A stretch of DNA of 64,000 nt, taken from the sequence record SRR22947725_4314, one strand, 5' to 3'. The notes under the pieces are model-generated. The model saw only the letters and a program-made list of their open reading frames with translations, did not search any database and had not been told where the DNA came from. Position numbers and translations under genes: made by a program. Positions 26,653-37,335 of this stretch are shown here, in pieces; the first letter of the stretch is position 1; each line of letters opens with the position of its first letter.

Positions 26653-29397
26653 ATGACCGGGCCGCCACCGTCTGCAGACGATTCCTCGCCGCGGCCGGGA
26701 AGCGCTCGCTGGCTGTACCGCGGTGTGCGTTGGCGATTCATCGGGCCATCGCTCAAGGCGAAGTGGCTCTATCGCGGCGTGCGATGGCGGGTGATCGGTC
26801 GCGCCCGGAAGCTGATGTGGTTCGGTCGCCGTCGACGTCATCAGTTGAACTCGCAGTCGCGCAGGCTTGTCTGGGCGTCCCGTCGGACACAGTTGCGCAT
26901 GCGGTCGCTGCTCGGAAGGACCTCAGTGGTGGGTCTTCGGAGAGAGCTGACGCTGGCCGCCCGGGGGACCCTCACCGCGGAAGCCGACGCTGATTTCCGG
27001 ATGATCACTGGTGCATTGGAGTTGAGTCCGCCTCCGCGTCGAATCAACTTCTTCAAGCAGGCTCGCCTACGCAACGCTCTCTTTAGTCGGCTCGACCGCA
27101 TTGAGATCGCAAAGCAGCAGATGGTCGCGGTGTCGCTCCCGCTCTCATGGAATCGGGCGGAGCTGTCCAAGGTCACAGCGGGTCGCATCGTTGTTGTCGA
27201 AGCGATTGGACGCGTCGAGGGGGTGCTCAGCGGTCTGCTCCCAATCCTGATCTCTGGACGTCCCGTCACCGTGGCCCCGAGCGCTACACCTGCCGACTGG
27301 CGGCTCGCACCGTTCTGCATCGATCCGTCAGAGCTGTTGACGTTGAGCGACGAAGAACTCGAGCGATACGCGCTGGAACAGCTGCGATCTTTGGTGCGGA
27401 CCCGCGTCACCGAAGGGCGTCGGGGCAGTCGGCCGCATGTCTCGGTGACACTCTCAACCAATCGGCCAGAATTTGTGGTGAGTGCTGTTGCGCAGATTGC
27501 AGCACAAGCTGGCGTCTCGATCGAACTTCTCGTTGGATGCCATGGCTTCTCGCCGGAACAAGTGGCCGACGCTGTCGTGCCCGGCGGAGCAGTCAGGACC
27601 GCAGAGGCGATCGAGTTTCCGGCAAATGCAGTCTTTGGGGACGTACTTCGGGAGTTGGCCGCGGCCGCAACGTGCCCATTCGTCACGAAATGGGATGATG
27701 ACGACCTGTACGGACAGAACCATGTGTTTGATCTGTGGATGTTCATGCTGCTCTCCCGTTCCGCCCTTGTCGGCAAGGCAGCCGAGTTCGTCAAGCTGGA
27801 AGAGCGCGGGCTGCTGGTGCGACGGGCCGGAGGCGCGCCATATCGCTCGACGACTTTCCTAGCCGGCGGGGCGCTAATGATGCGTTCGGACACGCTTGCC
27901 CACGTTGGGAGCTGGGCGAGCATTCCTCGGAGCGTCGACCAGGACATCATCGGTCGTTTTCAGGCTGCGGGCTTTGCGCCGTTCCGCATTCACGGTTATG
28001 AGTTCGTCCTGGTGCGCCACGACAAGGGCCACACGTGGGCGGCATCGCCGGACTACTTCGAGCAGGCCGCAAGGACGGTACGGTCGGCCGAGCCCGGAGT
28101 GATTGCGGCATCTGTTGGGATCGGAATCGCCGACTCACCGAAGGGGCAACCTTCCGGTGCTGGCTACACAGAAGCGGATCGTGGCGACCCTTCGACCTCG
28201 CTCGCCCTGTGCGTTCCGAACAAGGACAACCAAGTCTCGGTCGAGATCTTCGAGCAGGTGCTGGCTGACGCTCAGTCAGAGACATCACTCGTTGTGTGTG
28301 ACGATAGGAGCGACCCGCCCCTGACAACGCGATCATCCGATGATCGTACGAGCATCGTTCGGGCCCCAGTGCTGAGTGGCTTCGGGGCCGGGCGCTCTCG
28401 GCAGACAGCCGCAAACGCGGCGGCAATACATGACGTGATGGTGTTCGCTGACGCCGATATGTACTTGGAGCCGACGGCTCTGGCGCGTGTTCGCGACCTC
28501 TTCGACAGCGGATTTACCGGGGTGCTCCACGGCGACATCTCGTTCACCTCTCTCCTTGGGGATGATGCACATCAGGCGCTGGCCGAAGGATCCTCTGCGC
28601 TCGCCGAGATCGCCGAGCGAGAGCGCATACCCGGGCAGCTCTGGCGTGAGCCTTACTGGAGGAGGTCGGCTGACTACTGCCACCCACTCGCATCGACGTT
28701 TCGAGGAACGGTGGGTGCATTCCTTGCGATCGATCGACAGAGCTACCAGAACACCGGTGGCTTTCGCGATGTACCTGTTCGCGGTGTCGAGGACACCGAG
28801 TTCGGCTATCGCTTGATGGTCGCTGGATGTGAGCAACGCCTCGACCGAAGCGGTGGAGTCTGGCATCTCGGCGAGCGAACATTTGCTGATCGGCTTGGAC
28901 CCGACGAAGATGAGCTCAGGGAACGGCATCTGTCTGCCTACGTGCCCATCTGGGCTCGAACGCTCAGCGAGCGACGTGCAACGCTTGCCCCCTGGGAAGG
29001 TGCAATCGTTCCATTTGTTGCAGTCCGCGACGAATCGCTGATGGACGAGATCGCCGAGGCGCTCGGTCCGGAATGCGTTGCGCTGAACGGCATGGCGACG
29101 TCGGTGCTCGACGCGCCGTTTGCCGTTGCGGTGTCGCTCGAGGAGTCGGTGGCGGAGCAGGCCGTCATTGCGGCGTACCGTTCGCTCCGCAATCACCGTT
29201 GCGGTGAGGTCGAACTCTGGCAGGGGGGGCGACTCGTCGGTCGGGTGATCGCCCTCTGGGCCCTAAACCTTGCCGCCCGCCGGCAAGGGCGCAGCGACGT
29301 GTACATCGAGATACCGGACAACACGTCAATTCGCGAGTTGTCCGGATGGATTCGGTCGGACTTTGGCCTTGAGATTGTCGATCTCCCCACCGGTTGA
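26653..29397 (+). CDS. Multidomain glycosyltransferase (two GT-A-like modules)
   Basis: STNRP..KWDDDDLYG; VCDDRS..FADADMY..EDTEFGYR. Confidence 0.8.
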   Translation: MTGPPPSADDSSPRPGSARWLYRGVRWRFIGPSLKAKWLYRGVRWRVIGRARKLMWFGRRRRHQLNSQSRRLVWASRRTQLRMRSLLGRTSVVGLRRELTLAARGTLTAEADADFRMITGALELSPPPRRINFFKQARLRNALFSRLDRIEIAKQQMVAVSLPLSWNRAELSKVTAGRIVVVEAIGRVEGVLSGLLPILISGRPVTVAPSATPADWRLAPFCIDPSELLTLSDEELERYALEQLRSLVRTRVTEGRRGSRPHVSVTLSTNRPEFVVSAVAQIAAQAGVSIELLVGCHGFSPEQVADAVVPGGAVRTAEAIEFPANAVFGDVLRELAAAATCPFVTKWDDDDLYGQNHVFDLWMFMLLSRSALVGKAAEFVKLEERGLLVRRAGGAPYRSTTFLAGGALMMRSDTLAHVGSWASIPRSVDQDIIGRFQAAGFAPFRIHGYEFVLVRHDKGHTWAASPDYFEQAARTVRSAEPGVIAASVGIGIADSPKGQPSGAGYTEADRGDPSTSLALCVPNKDNQVSVEIFEQVLADAQSETSLVVCDDRSDPPLTTRSSDDRTSIVRAPVLSGFGAGRSRQTAANAAAIHDVMVFADADMYLEPTALARVRDLFDSGFTGVLHGDISFTSLLGDDAHQALAEGSSALAEIAERERIPGQLWREPYWRRSADYCHPLASTFRGTVGAFLAIDRQSYQNTGGFRDVPVRGVEDTEFGYRLMVAGCEQRLDRSGGVWHLGERTFADRLGPDEDELRERHLSAYVPIWARTLSERRATLAPWEGAIVPFVAVRDESLMDEIAEALGPECVALNGMATSVLDAPFAVAVSLEESVAEQAVIAAYRSLRNHRCGEVELWQGGRLVGRVIALWALNLAARRQGRSDVYIEIPDNTSIRELSGWIRSDFGLEIVDLPTG

Positions 29398-29400
29398 GTA

Positions 29401-30153
29401 TCAACCTCGCGAGGTCGTTGCCGCTTCGTAGTTCGCCAGTACTTCATCCACGGGCCCGTTCTCGACGATCTGACCGTCGTCGATCCACACGGCGCGCGAA
29501 CACGTCGCACGGACTTCGTTCAAGCTGTGCGTGACCATCAGCACTGAATTCGCCTGGGACCGGATTTCGTTGATGCGTTCGAGACTCCGTTTCCTGAACA
29601 CATTGTCACCGACCGCCAGTGCCTCGTCGATCAGGAGTACGTCAGGAACCCGCAACGTGGCGATCGAAAACGCCAGCCGGGCGTTCATGCCGGATGAAAA
29701 TGTCTGCATCGGCCGATTGATCGCATCGCCGATGCCCGAGAATTCGATGACGGAGTCCATCTCGGCTTCGATCTCTTCGACGGTCAGGCCCATCGCCAAG
29801 CCGCCGAGCTTGACATTGCGGTAGCCCGACAGTTGCGGTTTGAGTGCAGCATTCACACTGAGCAACGTTGCTTGTCCTGCGACCAGGACGTCGCCAGCTG
29901 CACGTGGCTGCAGTCCGGCGATGGTGCGGAGTAACGACGACTTGCCGGAGCCGTTTGCACCGATAATCCCGACCGCTTCGCCCCTGAGGACGTCGAGATC
30001 GACACCGCGCAGCGCGTGGACCTCGATGGCTCGACGAGGCCGCAATCCTCGACGGAATAGTTCACGCGTGGCGAGCGGCCGCTCCTCGTAGACCCGGTAT
30101 CGAACGTGGAGGCCGCGAACCTTCACGCTGAGCTCGGAATCATCGGCGACCAT
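29401..30153 (-). CDS. Polysaccharide export ABC ATPase (TagH/Wzt, no C-terminal domain)
   Basis: GANGSGKS, FSSGMNARLAF, LLIDEALAVGD. Confidence 0.92.
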   Translation of the reverse strand: MVADDSELSVKVRGLHVRYRVYEERPLATRELFRRGLRPRRAIEVHALRGVDLDVLRGEAVGIIGANGSGKSSLLRTIAGLQPRAAGDVLVAGQATLLSVNAALKPQLSGYRNVKLGGLAMGLTVEEIEAEMDSVIEFSGIGDAINRPMQTFSSGMNARLAFSIATLRVPDVLLIDEALAVGDNVFRKRSLERINEIRSQANSVLMVTHSLNEVRATCSRAVWIDDGQIVENGPVDEVLANYEAATTSRG

Positions 30154-30982
30154 ATGTTGCCTCCGCTGCTCGGAACCAGATGAACCCGCCCACCAACAAA
30201 CCTGTGCCCCAGGCCACGACCGATAGGACGATCCACCTGTCGATCTCTCCGATGCCCATCGCCCAGCGTGCCGAGGTGGTGATGCTGTAAAGCGGGTTGG
30301 CAACGAATAACCACCGATAGCCGGCTTCGATGTATGCGTCGGCGCTGAAAATGATCGCCGATGCGTAGAAGAGCAGCCGGAAGAGAAAGGGCAAGATCTG
30401 CTCAACATCACGCACATGCGACGTCGCCCGCGCCGCCACCATCGCCGCGCCGGCGTTGAAGGCGGTCTGGAGCGCCAGGATTGGGATCAGAGCGAACCAT
30501 CGGAGTTCGGGTGCCTGGCCGGTCAGAACGGCAACGCTGAGGAGCACGAGTACTGCGGGGATGATGGCCAGCGTTTCGATGCAGGTCGCCGTGAACGGAA
30601 GTACCGCCCGGGGAAAGCTGATCGATCGCATCAATCCACCGTTGCTGACGATCGATTTCGCACCTTCGGTGGTGGCTTTCTGACTGAATTGGAAAATGAT
30701 CACACCAACGGTGAGGAACAACATGAAGTTGTCGACGCCGCGGTCGGTCTTGAGGACAACGCCGAAGATGAGGAAGAAGACCCCGATCTGCAGTATCGGG
30801 TTGAGGAGATGCCAGAGGTTCCCCAGCACCGAGTTCATCTGTCGTGCCCGCAGCTCGCCCGTGGCGACGTACCAGATGTAAGGCCGTCGATTCCACGTTG
30901 AGCCGACGTAGCCGCGCAGTGTTGAGGCTCGGAATACGTCCTGGAGTGGAGGCGGCGCGTCCGGCTCGGAGAGTAGAGACAT
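30140..30982 (-). CDS. Polysaccharide export ABC permease (TagG/Wzm)
   Basis: LGNLWHLLNP, FPRAVLP, RDVEQ, NPL; about six TMs. Confidence 0.9.
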   Translation of the reverse strand: MSLLSEPDAPPPLQDVFRASTLRGYVGSTWNRRPYIWYVATGELRARQMNSVLGNLWHLLNPILQIGVFFLIFGVVLKTDRGVDNFMLFLTVGVIIFQFSQKATTEGAKSIVSNGGLMRSISFPRAVLPFTATCIETLAIIPAVLVLLSVAVLTGQAPELRWFALIPILALQTAFNAGAAMVAARATSHVRDVEQILPFLFRLLFYASAIIFSADAYIEAGYRWLFVANPLYSITTSARWAMGIGEIDRWIVLSVVAWGTGLLVGGFIWFRAAEATYGRR

Positions 30983-31065
30983 CGACGACACGATATCTCC
31001 ACACTGGCCGCCTCGATTCGGATGGCGCAGTGCAGGTCGTTTCATGCATTCACTACGCTGGCATC

Positions 31066-31935
31066 GTGCCAACGCTGGGATGGGTCGTGCTCACCACTGG
31101 TGATCGGCAGGAGGCGCTTCGCCGAGCAGTGCAATCGTTGATCGACCAGCAAGATGTTGAGCATGTCGTTGTCTACGCAAATGGATGTTCAATCGACGAC
31201 GTCCGTGGCTCGTTGCCAGAATCGTTTCGGCTGACTCTTGGCGGTTCCGATGTCAATCTCGGCGTACCCGGCGGTCGCGACGCCGCACTCGGGCTACTCG
31301 ACCAGAGTGTCGACCTCGTCGGATTTCTCGATGACGACGCCGAGTTGCTGACCGACGATGTCACTCGAGTGCTTGGCGGCCTGTTCGACGACGCTGCTGT
31401 CGCTGCTGTCGCGATGCGACTGCTCGACGAGGCGGGTGAGTCGGCCCGGCGGCACGTCCCCCGCGTGGGTGCCGGATCGGCCGACGAGCCGGGCGATGTC
31501 GCAACATTTCTCGGGGGAGCGTCAGTGCTGCGACGGTCTGCATATCGTGAGGTCGGCGGCTACTGGGTCGATCTGTTCTACGGGCATGAAGAACTCGACC
31601 TCGCGTGGCGGATTGCTGACCGCGGTTACCGAATCGTGTATGAACCGACGCTGGAAGTGTTCCACCCCTATACCGAGATCTCCAGACACGCACAGGGGTG
31701 GCAACTCACAGGCCGGAACCGCGTCCGAGTTGCCCGACGAAATCTCCCGTGGCCGGTCGTCCCGATTCATCTTGGGATCTGGTTGGTCCTGGGACTGCGA
31801 AGAGCGCCATCCGGCTGTCGGCGTGCCTACCTCGACGGTTGGATCGACGGCTGGCGCGGATCCGTGCCGCGCAGCGCGATGCGGTGGGCGACGATGGTCG
31901 CGTTGACACGGCGCGGTCGATGTCCGATCATCTGA
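31066..31935 (+). CDS. GT2 glycosyltransferase
   Basis: NLGVPGGR, FLDDDA, FYGHEELDLAWR. Confidence 0.88.
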   Translation: MPTLGWVVLTTGDRQEALRRAVQSLIDQQDVEHVVVYANGCSIDDVRGSLPESFRLTLGGSDVNLGVPGGRDAALGLLDQSVDLVGFLDDDAELLTDDVTRVLGGLFDDAAVAAVAMRLLDEAGESARRHVPRVGAGSADEPGDVATFLGGASVLRRSAYREVGGYWVDLFYGHEELDLAWRIADRGYRIVYEPTLEVFHPYTEISRHAQGWQLTGRNRVRVARRNLPWPVVPIHLGIWLVLGLRRAPSGCRRAYLDGWIDGWRGSVPRSAMRWATMVALTRRGRCPII

Positions 31936-32905
31936 CATCCGGCTGTCGACGGTTGACCAGAGATCGAATGAAACCTGTCGTCCAGCTGGCGTGAATCGTT
32001 GCGAGAACGCCGGCCGTTCTCCATCGAGCGGAGCGATCTCCAACGGAAAGCAACGCAGCGACATACGCGGCTGGGAGTGCCAGCGCCGCTGGTCTTCGCA
32101 GGCCGAGTCCGGTTGCGAAGACAACCGCGAGGATTCCTATGGGAGGAACGGCCTGGCGGAGTTTGAGCGAGTTTGGGTGGAGCCGAAGTACCTCAACTTT
32201 CCAGTACCCATACTCGAAATACTGCTGTGCAAGAGAGCCCCAAGATCCTCGGGGTGTGTAGCCGACCGAGAGTTGAGGATTGAACACGATGACTCCGCCA
32301 GCGGCACGTAGTCGGATGTTGAGCTCGTAGTCCTGGTTTCTAGTCAATCGTTCGTCGAACAGGTGGACATCTTCAATCCAGCCTCGATCGAAGACCCCGA
32401 GATAGACGGTGTCTACCTCGGCTTCGTCACCGCCGGTCCGATATGCCGGTCCGCCCGTACCGAGCCAAGATGACGTTGCGGCGGTTACAGCCGCTTCGAA
32501 TCGAGTCGTTGCGACTGGCGACTGCATGCCTCCGACGTTGGCGGCGCGGGTGCGCCGTAGCGTTTCGACGGCTCTGATGACGTACCCATCACTCAGCTGG
32601 CTGTGACCATCGACGCGAACGACGACCGGAGCGGCACCAGCAGCGATTGCCGCATTGAGTCCGGCTGGAGTTCGACCGGTCGGGTTTGGGACCACCGTCG
32701 TATTCGCGTCGGTCTCCGCGAGCCGGGCTGCAACCTCTTCGGTTTCATCGCTGGACGGGCCAACCGCCATGAAAACGGACAGGGTCCCGGGGTAGTTCTG
32801 TGCTCGGATAGCCGCCAGCGCGTCGACGAGATGGGGGGCCTCGTTACGGATCGGCATCACGACATCGACGTCGGGCCAGGCAGGGTCATTTCGCCAGTCA
32901 GACAC
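31928..32905 (-). CDS. GT2 glycosyltransferase (ExoA-like)
   Basis: VVMPIRNE, VRVDGH, RNQDYELNIR, QYFEYG. Confidence 0.9.
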   Translation of the reverse strand: MSDWRNDPAWPDVDVVMPIRNEAPHLVDALAAIRAQNYPGTLSVFMAVGPSSDETEEVAARLAETDANTTVVPNPTGRTPAGLNAAIAAGAAPVVVRVDGHSQLSDGYVIRAVETLRRTRAANVGGMQSPVATTRFEAAVTAATSSWLGTGGPAYRTGGDEAEVDTVYLGVFDRGWIEDVHLFDERLTRNQDYELNIRLRAAGGVIVFNPQLSVGYTPRGSWGSLAQQYFEYGYWKVEVLRLHPNSLKLRQAVPPIGILAVVFATGLGLRRPAALALPAAYVAALLSVGDRSARWRTAGVLATIHASWTTGFIRSLVNRRQPDVR

Positions 32906-34343
32906 GTCGACTCAATACGACCCAGACGGTCCGGACGAGAATCTGGGCGTCAAGGACGAGCGACCAGTTCACCAGGTACTGCAGGTCGTAGCCGAGCTTG
33001 TACTCGGCATCGGTGTCGTAACGACCGTTGACCTGCGCCAGCCCGGTGAGCCCCGGTGGAAGTTCGTTGCGGCGGATATACCCCGGGACGCGTTGAGTGA
33101 TCTCCGCCACGAGCTCGGGTCGCTCGGGTCGCGGTCCCACGAGGGACATCTCGCCGCGCAGGACGTTGAAGAGCTGGGGTATCTCATCGGCGCGCATCGA
33201 ACGCATCCAGGCCAGGGCGGGCACGATGCGATCGTCGTTGAGTGAGGCGAGTCGGGCACGGCCGTCCTCCTCGGCGTCAGGGTGCATGGTTCGGAACTTC
33301 ACGCATTCGAAGGTGCTGCCATCACGCCCGACACGAGTCTGGCGGTAGAGCACTGGGCCGCCGACACGTACCCGGACGTACAGCGCGACGAGCGCCATGA
33401 CCGACAGCCAGATCGGTGCGAGCAGCACGATGATGGTCAAGTCGAAGATCCTTTTCAGGCGGACTTTATGATTCGGCACAGTGTGCGGCCGGAGCGGAAC
33501 GAACGGCATGCCGCCGACCTCTCGTACTGTCTTCAACCCGAGCAGCGTTTCGCGCGCATTCACTTGCTGAAGAAAGCCCATGCCAGCCGCATCGAGTGAG
33601 TTGAGCGGCTCGGGGTACACCGACCCGAACGCGGTCATGTCGAGCAGGAGGACATCGGTTGCGTCATTGTCGACAACGGACTGTGTGAGCAAGTGGGGTG
33701 ATGCGACTCGGCCGACGACTTGTGCTTCACGATCGCTCTCAGCAAGATGCTGTGCGGCGAGGTCAAGTGACTGACTCGCCCCGACCAACACCACCCGGGG
33801 TGCACCTTGTCGATGTCGTGCGAGGCGCCGGCTCAGGCCGCGATTCGCGACGAGCACGAATGAGGCGAGGCACAAGAATGCCGCAAGGTTGAGACGCGGC
33901 ATCAGGTACCGGTCGAGCGCGACAAATGCAAAGCCCTGAACGGCCACGCCGATGGCAGTGGCAAGAAGTGCCCGGGGAAACCATGGACGGATGCCGAGCC
34001 GAGGCTCGCGTTCATACAGCCCAGTGAAGTAGTTGGCAAACAGATGGATGCCGGTCGCGATCGAGAACCCGATGAAGTAATGCGATAGGGGGTAGGTGTC
34101 CCAATCGAACGAGAACCCGAACCGCACGAAGCTGATGACGACCATGAGCGCGTACAGCGCAACAGCGTCGAGGACTGAGAGGAACCGGAACCCGCGATCC
34201 CACAACCACGAAGCAGGACGGCCGACAACGGAAACGACGCGCTCGACTATCGCGGGGAAAGGGTGCGCCGTGCCGCCAGGTTCCGCGGCAGCGCTTGGTG
34301 ACGTCAGGACCATCAAGGTCAACGATACTGCTCGGGCGGACAT
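32898..34343 (-). CDS. Polyprenyl-phosphate sugar phosphotransferase (WcaJ/WbaP-like initiator)
   Basis: KRIFD, KFRTM, DEIPQLFNVLRGEMSLVGPRPERP, PGLTGLAQV. Confidence 0.93.
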   Translation of the reverse strand: MSARAVSLTLMVLTSPSAAAEPGGTAHPFPAIVERVVSVVGRPASWLWDRGFRFLSVLDAVALYALMVVISFVRFGFSFDWDTYPLSHYFIGFSIATGIHLFANYFTGLYEREPRLGIRPWFPRALLATAIGVAVQGFAFVALDRYLMPRLNLAAFLCLASFVLVANRGLSRRLARHRQGAPRVVLVGASQSLDLAAQHLAESDREAQVVGRVASPHLLTQSVVDNDATDVLLLDMTAFGSVYPEPLNSLDAAGMGFLQQVNARETLLGLKTVREVGGMPFVPLRPHTVPNHKVRLKRIFDLTIIVLLAPIWLSVMALVALYVRVRVGGPVLYRQTRVGRDGSTFECVKFRTMHPDAEEDGRARLASLNDDRIVPALAWMRSMRADEIPQLFNVLRGEMSLVGPRPERPELVAEITQRVPGYIRRNELPPGLTGLAQVNGRYDTDAEYKLGYDLQYLVNWSLVLDAQILVRTVWVVLSRRV

Positions 34344-34428
34344 GCATGTCGGCTATCCGCTGTGGCCGTAAGATTCACTAATGGCTTGCGATGAGACCGT
34401 TCTGGATGTTTCATCGTCTGAGACGGCA

Positions 34429-36009
34429 ATGACGCGGCGATGGTTGCCGTCGCGCGACGCGTTCCTCGTCGCCTTTGCGCTGGTCATCATGGTGTCGGCG
34501 TGGATCCTCGGAGCTCCTCGCTCGGCGGGCCCGGATGAGCCTGGACACAACGTCCGCGCCGGAGCGTTGGTGCGCGGCCAACTCGACGGCATTCGCTTGC
34601 CAGGAGACAGCGTGCAGCGCGGCTTCGAGTTGCCTGCGCACATCGGCTTCCCCCCGCCAAACTGCTTCGCGTTCGAGTCCTACTCGCCGGCAAGCTGTGC
34701 CGCGGACCTGCCCGCTCCGGCCGGTACCGGCATCGGTGCTACTCGAGCAGCGAGCTACCAGGTGTGGGGACACCTCGCCGCGGGCGTCGGAACACTTGCG
34801 CCGGCTTCGATCGCCCCGTGGTCAGCGCGAGCGGCCGACGCGTTGATCCCGATGCTCTTGGTAGCGGCTTCGATCATGCTGGCGGCCCGACGAGGCGTGC
34901 TCGGTGTTGGAGCGACGATGTTGGCCATCACGCCGATGGCATGGTTCATGTTCGCGACCGTGAACCCCAACGGGTTGACGATCGCCGGTGGGCTCGCTGT
35001 CTGGACAGGCCTGTCGGCCTTGGCGCCCCCTGGCGGGTCAGCGCGCCTTCTGACCGGCCGGAGTGCGGCGTGGCTGACTGCGGCTGGTTGGGCAGCCCTC
35101 GTGCTGTCCCGTCGCGACGGGCTGATCTGGGGAGCACTCATTCTGGCGCTCGCTCTCCTCGTCATGTCGGTGGGCCTTCGTGTGCTGGCCCAGCGGATCG
35201 GGTCGGGGCCGTTGGTGCTGATCGGGGTATCAACGTTCGCCACTCTGGCCTGGGCGGCGCGGAGCGAAACCAACGATGCGCGAGCACTCTTCCTCACGCC
35301 ACTTGTCCCGATTGCAGCCGTCCTTGCGCGCCGGGTGTGGTGGAAGCTGGCAGACAGACGTGCCGCACTCCGTTGGGCAGTCTGTGGACTTGCTGCTCTC
35401 GGTGGCGTGCTGATGATGATCGCCGTGATGTCGACGAGAGCAAACGGATTCGACCGGCTCGTGCTCCGACTGGTCATCGGCGAGACCGGCACCAGCCTGC
35501 GTCAGGCAATTGGGGTGCTCGGATGGCTCGACACACCGGTGCCGACGTCGGTGATGTTCTTGTGTGTGCTCGCGATCGGTGCGCTCGTCGGTGTGGCTGT
35601 GCTTGGCGATGAACGCCAGGTAGGAGCCGGAATGGTGGCAGTTCTTGGCGCAGGCGTGCTCGTATCATGGACGCTCACGATGCTCCAGAACAATGACTTT
35701 GGCGTGTACTGGCAGGGCCGTTACTACCTCCCGCTACTCGTCGGCATCCCGGTTCTCGGCGCTCGACTCCGTCTTGATCCCGCCGCAGCGCGGCGCCTCG
35801 GGCTCGCGGTGCTCGTTGCCGGTCTGGTCGTCGCCAATCTCGGGCTTGCCGCGATGATGCGCCGTTTCGCCGGCGGTATCGCCGGAACATTGGTGCCGTG
35901 GGAATGGGATACCTACGGCGCTCCAGTACCACCCGCGGTCATGCTTGCGCTGCACCTCGCTGCGTCGGGCGTCATTGTGCGGTGGGCCGCTCGGCTGGCC
36001 AGCGAGTAG
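34429..36009 (+). CDS. DUF2142-like membrane protein (probable GT-C)
   Basis: GPDEPGH, GVLGWLDT, WQGRYYLP, many TMs. Confidence 0.75.
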   Translation: MTRRWLPSRDAFLVAFALVIMVSAWILGAPRSAGPDEPGHNVRAGALVRGQLDGIRLPGDSVQRGFELPAHIGFPPPNCFAFESYSPASCAADLPAPAGTGIGATRAASYQVWGHLAAGVGTLAPASIAPWSARAADALIPMLLVAASIMLAARRGVLGVGATMLAITPMAWFMFATVNPNGLTIAGGLAVWTGLSALAPPGGSARLLTGRSAAWLTAAGWAALVLSRRDGLIWGALILALALLVMSVGLRVLAQRIGSGPLVLIGVSTFATLAWAARSETNDARALFLTPLVPIAAVLARRVWWKLADRRAALRWAVCGLAALGGVLMMIAVMSTRANGFDRLVLRLVIGETGTSLRQAIGVLGWLDTPVPTSVMFLCVLAIGALVGVAVLGDERQVGAGMVAVLGAGVLVSWTLTMLQNNDFGVYWQGRYYLPLLVGIPVLGARLRLDPAAARRLGLAVLVAGLVVANLGLAAMMRRFAGGIAGTLVPWEWDTYGAPVPPAVMLALHLAASGVIVRWAARLASE

Positions 36010-36096
36010 CTCGGCCGGGCGTTCGCGGCCCACTGCCACCGATCGTTAAACTGATTGGGTCGAGCCCGTCAGGGGCGCACTCCCACAGGGTCTGCA

Positions 36097-37320
36097 CTAG
36101 CGCCCGCCGGTGCCGTTCATCGGCGGTGACCAGGTCGGATGCAGCGTCACGAGCCCATGTATCTCGCTCGTCGCGCCGGCGATGACGTCGAAGGTCTGTG
36201 CGTTCTGCACATGGTCGTAGACGTGCTGGCGTCCCCAGCCAGTGATCTCGGTGTGCAGCACGTATCGCGAAGCGACGAGAGGCACCGCGTCGAACCGCAC
36301 ATCGACGTGGCCGGATCCGACCAGCGTGTCCGGGACCATTCCGACGTCTCGTGTCGACGGTTCGGTGACCACAGCGCCAGCCAAGCTCGAAATCGTGATC
36401 GAAAAGACGGGTTTCTGCACGGGGGCGGGCGCCTCATAGTGCAACCGAACGGTGACATCGTCACCGTTTCGGAATCGGTCGACCGGAACATCGCCGACGA
36501 GCAACTCGGTACGAGTGACCTTGATCCGACCGTCACCCCGGCGACTGCCCTCGGCCCCCTCCGAGGCCTCAGCTCCGAGCATGGTTTCCGTGTACTCGTC
36601 CACGACATCGGCCGGGTCGCCATCGCGTCGAATGACACCACGGTCGAGCCAGATCGCCCGATCGCAAAATTCGCGGACCGTGTTGCCATCGTGAGTCACC
36701 AAGACGAGCGTCCGTCCCTGGGTTCGAAAGTCGACGAACTTCTCCATACATTTCTGTTGGAACGTGACGTCACCCACGGCCAGGATCTCGTCGATGAGCA
36801 GGAGCTCGGGGTCGACGTTGATTGCCACGGCGAACGCCAGGCGAACGTACATCCCTGACGAGTAGGTCTTCACCGGTGCGTCGATAAATTCGTGCAGGCC
36901 GGAGAAGTCGACAATCTCATCAAATCGAGCAGCGATCTCCTTGCGGCCCATCCCGAGGATCGAGGCGTTCAGAAAGACGTTGTCGCGTCCACTCAACTCC
37001 TGATGGAAGCCGGCACCGAGTTCGAGTAGCGCCGCCATCTTTTTGTGGACCTCGATGTGGCCCTCGTTGGGCGTGAGGATCTGCGCCATGCACTTCAGCA
37101 AGGTCGACTTACCCGAACCATTGTGCCCGATAATGCCGACTGCTTCGCCTGCATCGACGCTGAACGAGACATTGCGCAGCGCGACGAACTCCTCGTAGTG
37201 GTTGCGACCTCCCGCAGCGATGTACTGCTTGAGTGACGATGCCCGTTCGTGATGAATGCGAAAGGTCTTGGTCACGTTGTCGACGATGAGCGCGGTGCCG
37301 GTGCTGCGGCGATCATTCAT
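36097..37320 (-). CDS. wzt: Wzt ABC ATPase with C-terminal carbohydrate-binding domain
   Basis: GHNGSGKST, YSSGMYVRLAF, DEILAVGD, about 160-aa beta-rich C-terminus. Confidence 0.92.
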   Translation of the reverse strand: MNDRRSTGTALIVDNVTKTFRIHHERASSLKQYIAAGGRNHYEEFVALRNVSFSVDAGEAVGIIGHNGSGKSTLLKCMAQILTPNEGHIEVHKKMAALLELGAGFHQELSGRDNVFLNASILGMGRKEIAARFDEIVDFSGLHEFIDAPVKTYSSGMYVRLAFAVAINVDPELLLIDEILAVGDVTFQQKCMEKFVDFRTQGRTLVLVTHDGNTVREFCDRAIWLDRGVIRRDGDPADVVDEYTETMLGAEASEGAEGSRRGDGRIKVTRTELLVGDVPVDRFRNGDDVTVRLHYEAPAPVQKPVFSITISSLAGAVVTEPSTRDVGMVPDTLVGSGHVDVRFDAVPLVASRYVLHTEITGWGRQHVYDHVQNAQTFDVIAGATSEIHGLVTLHPTWSPPMNGTGGR

Positions 37321-37335
37321 TTCGGGCCCGATTCA

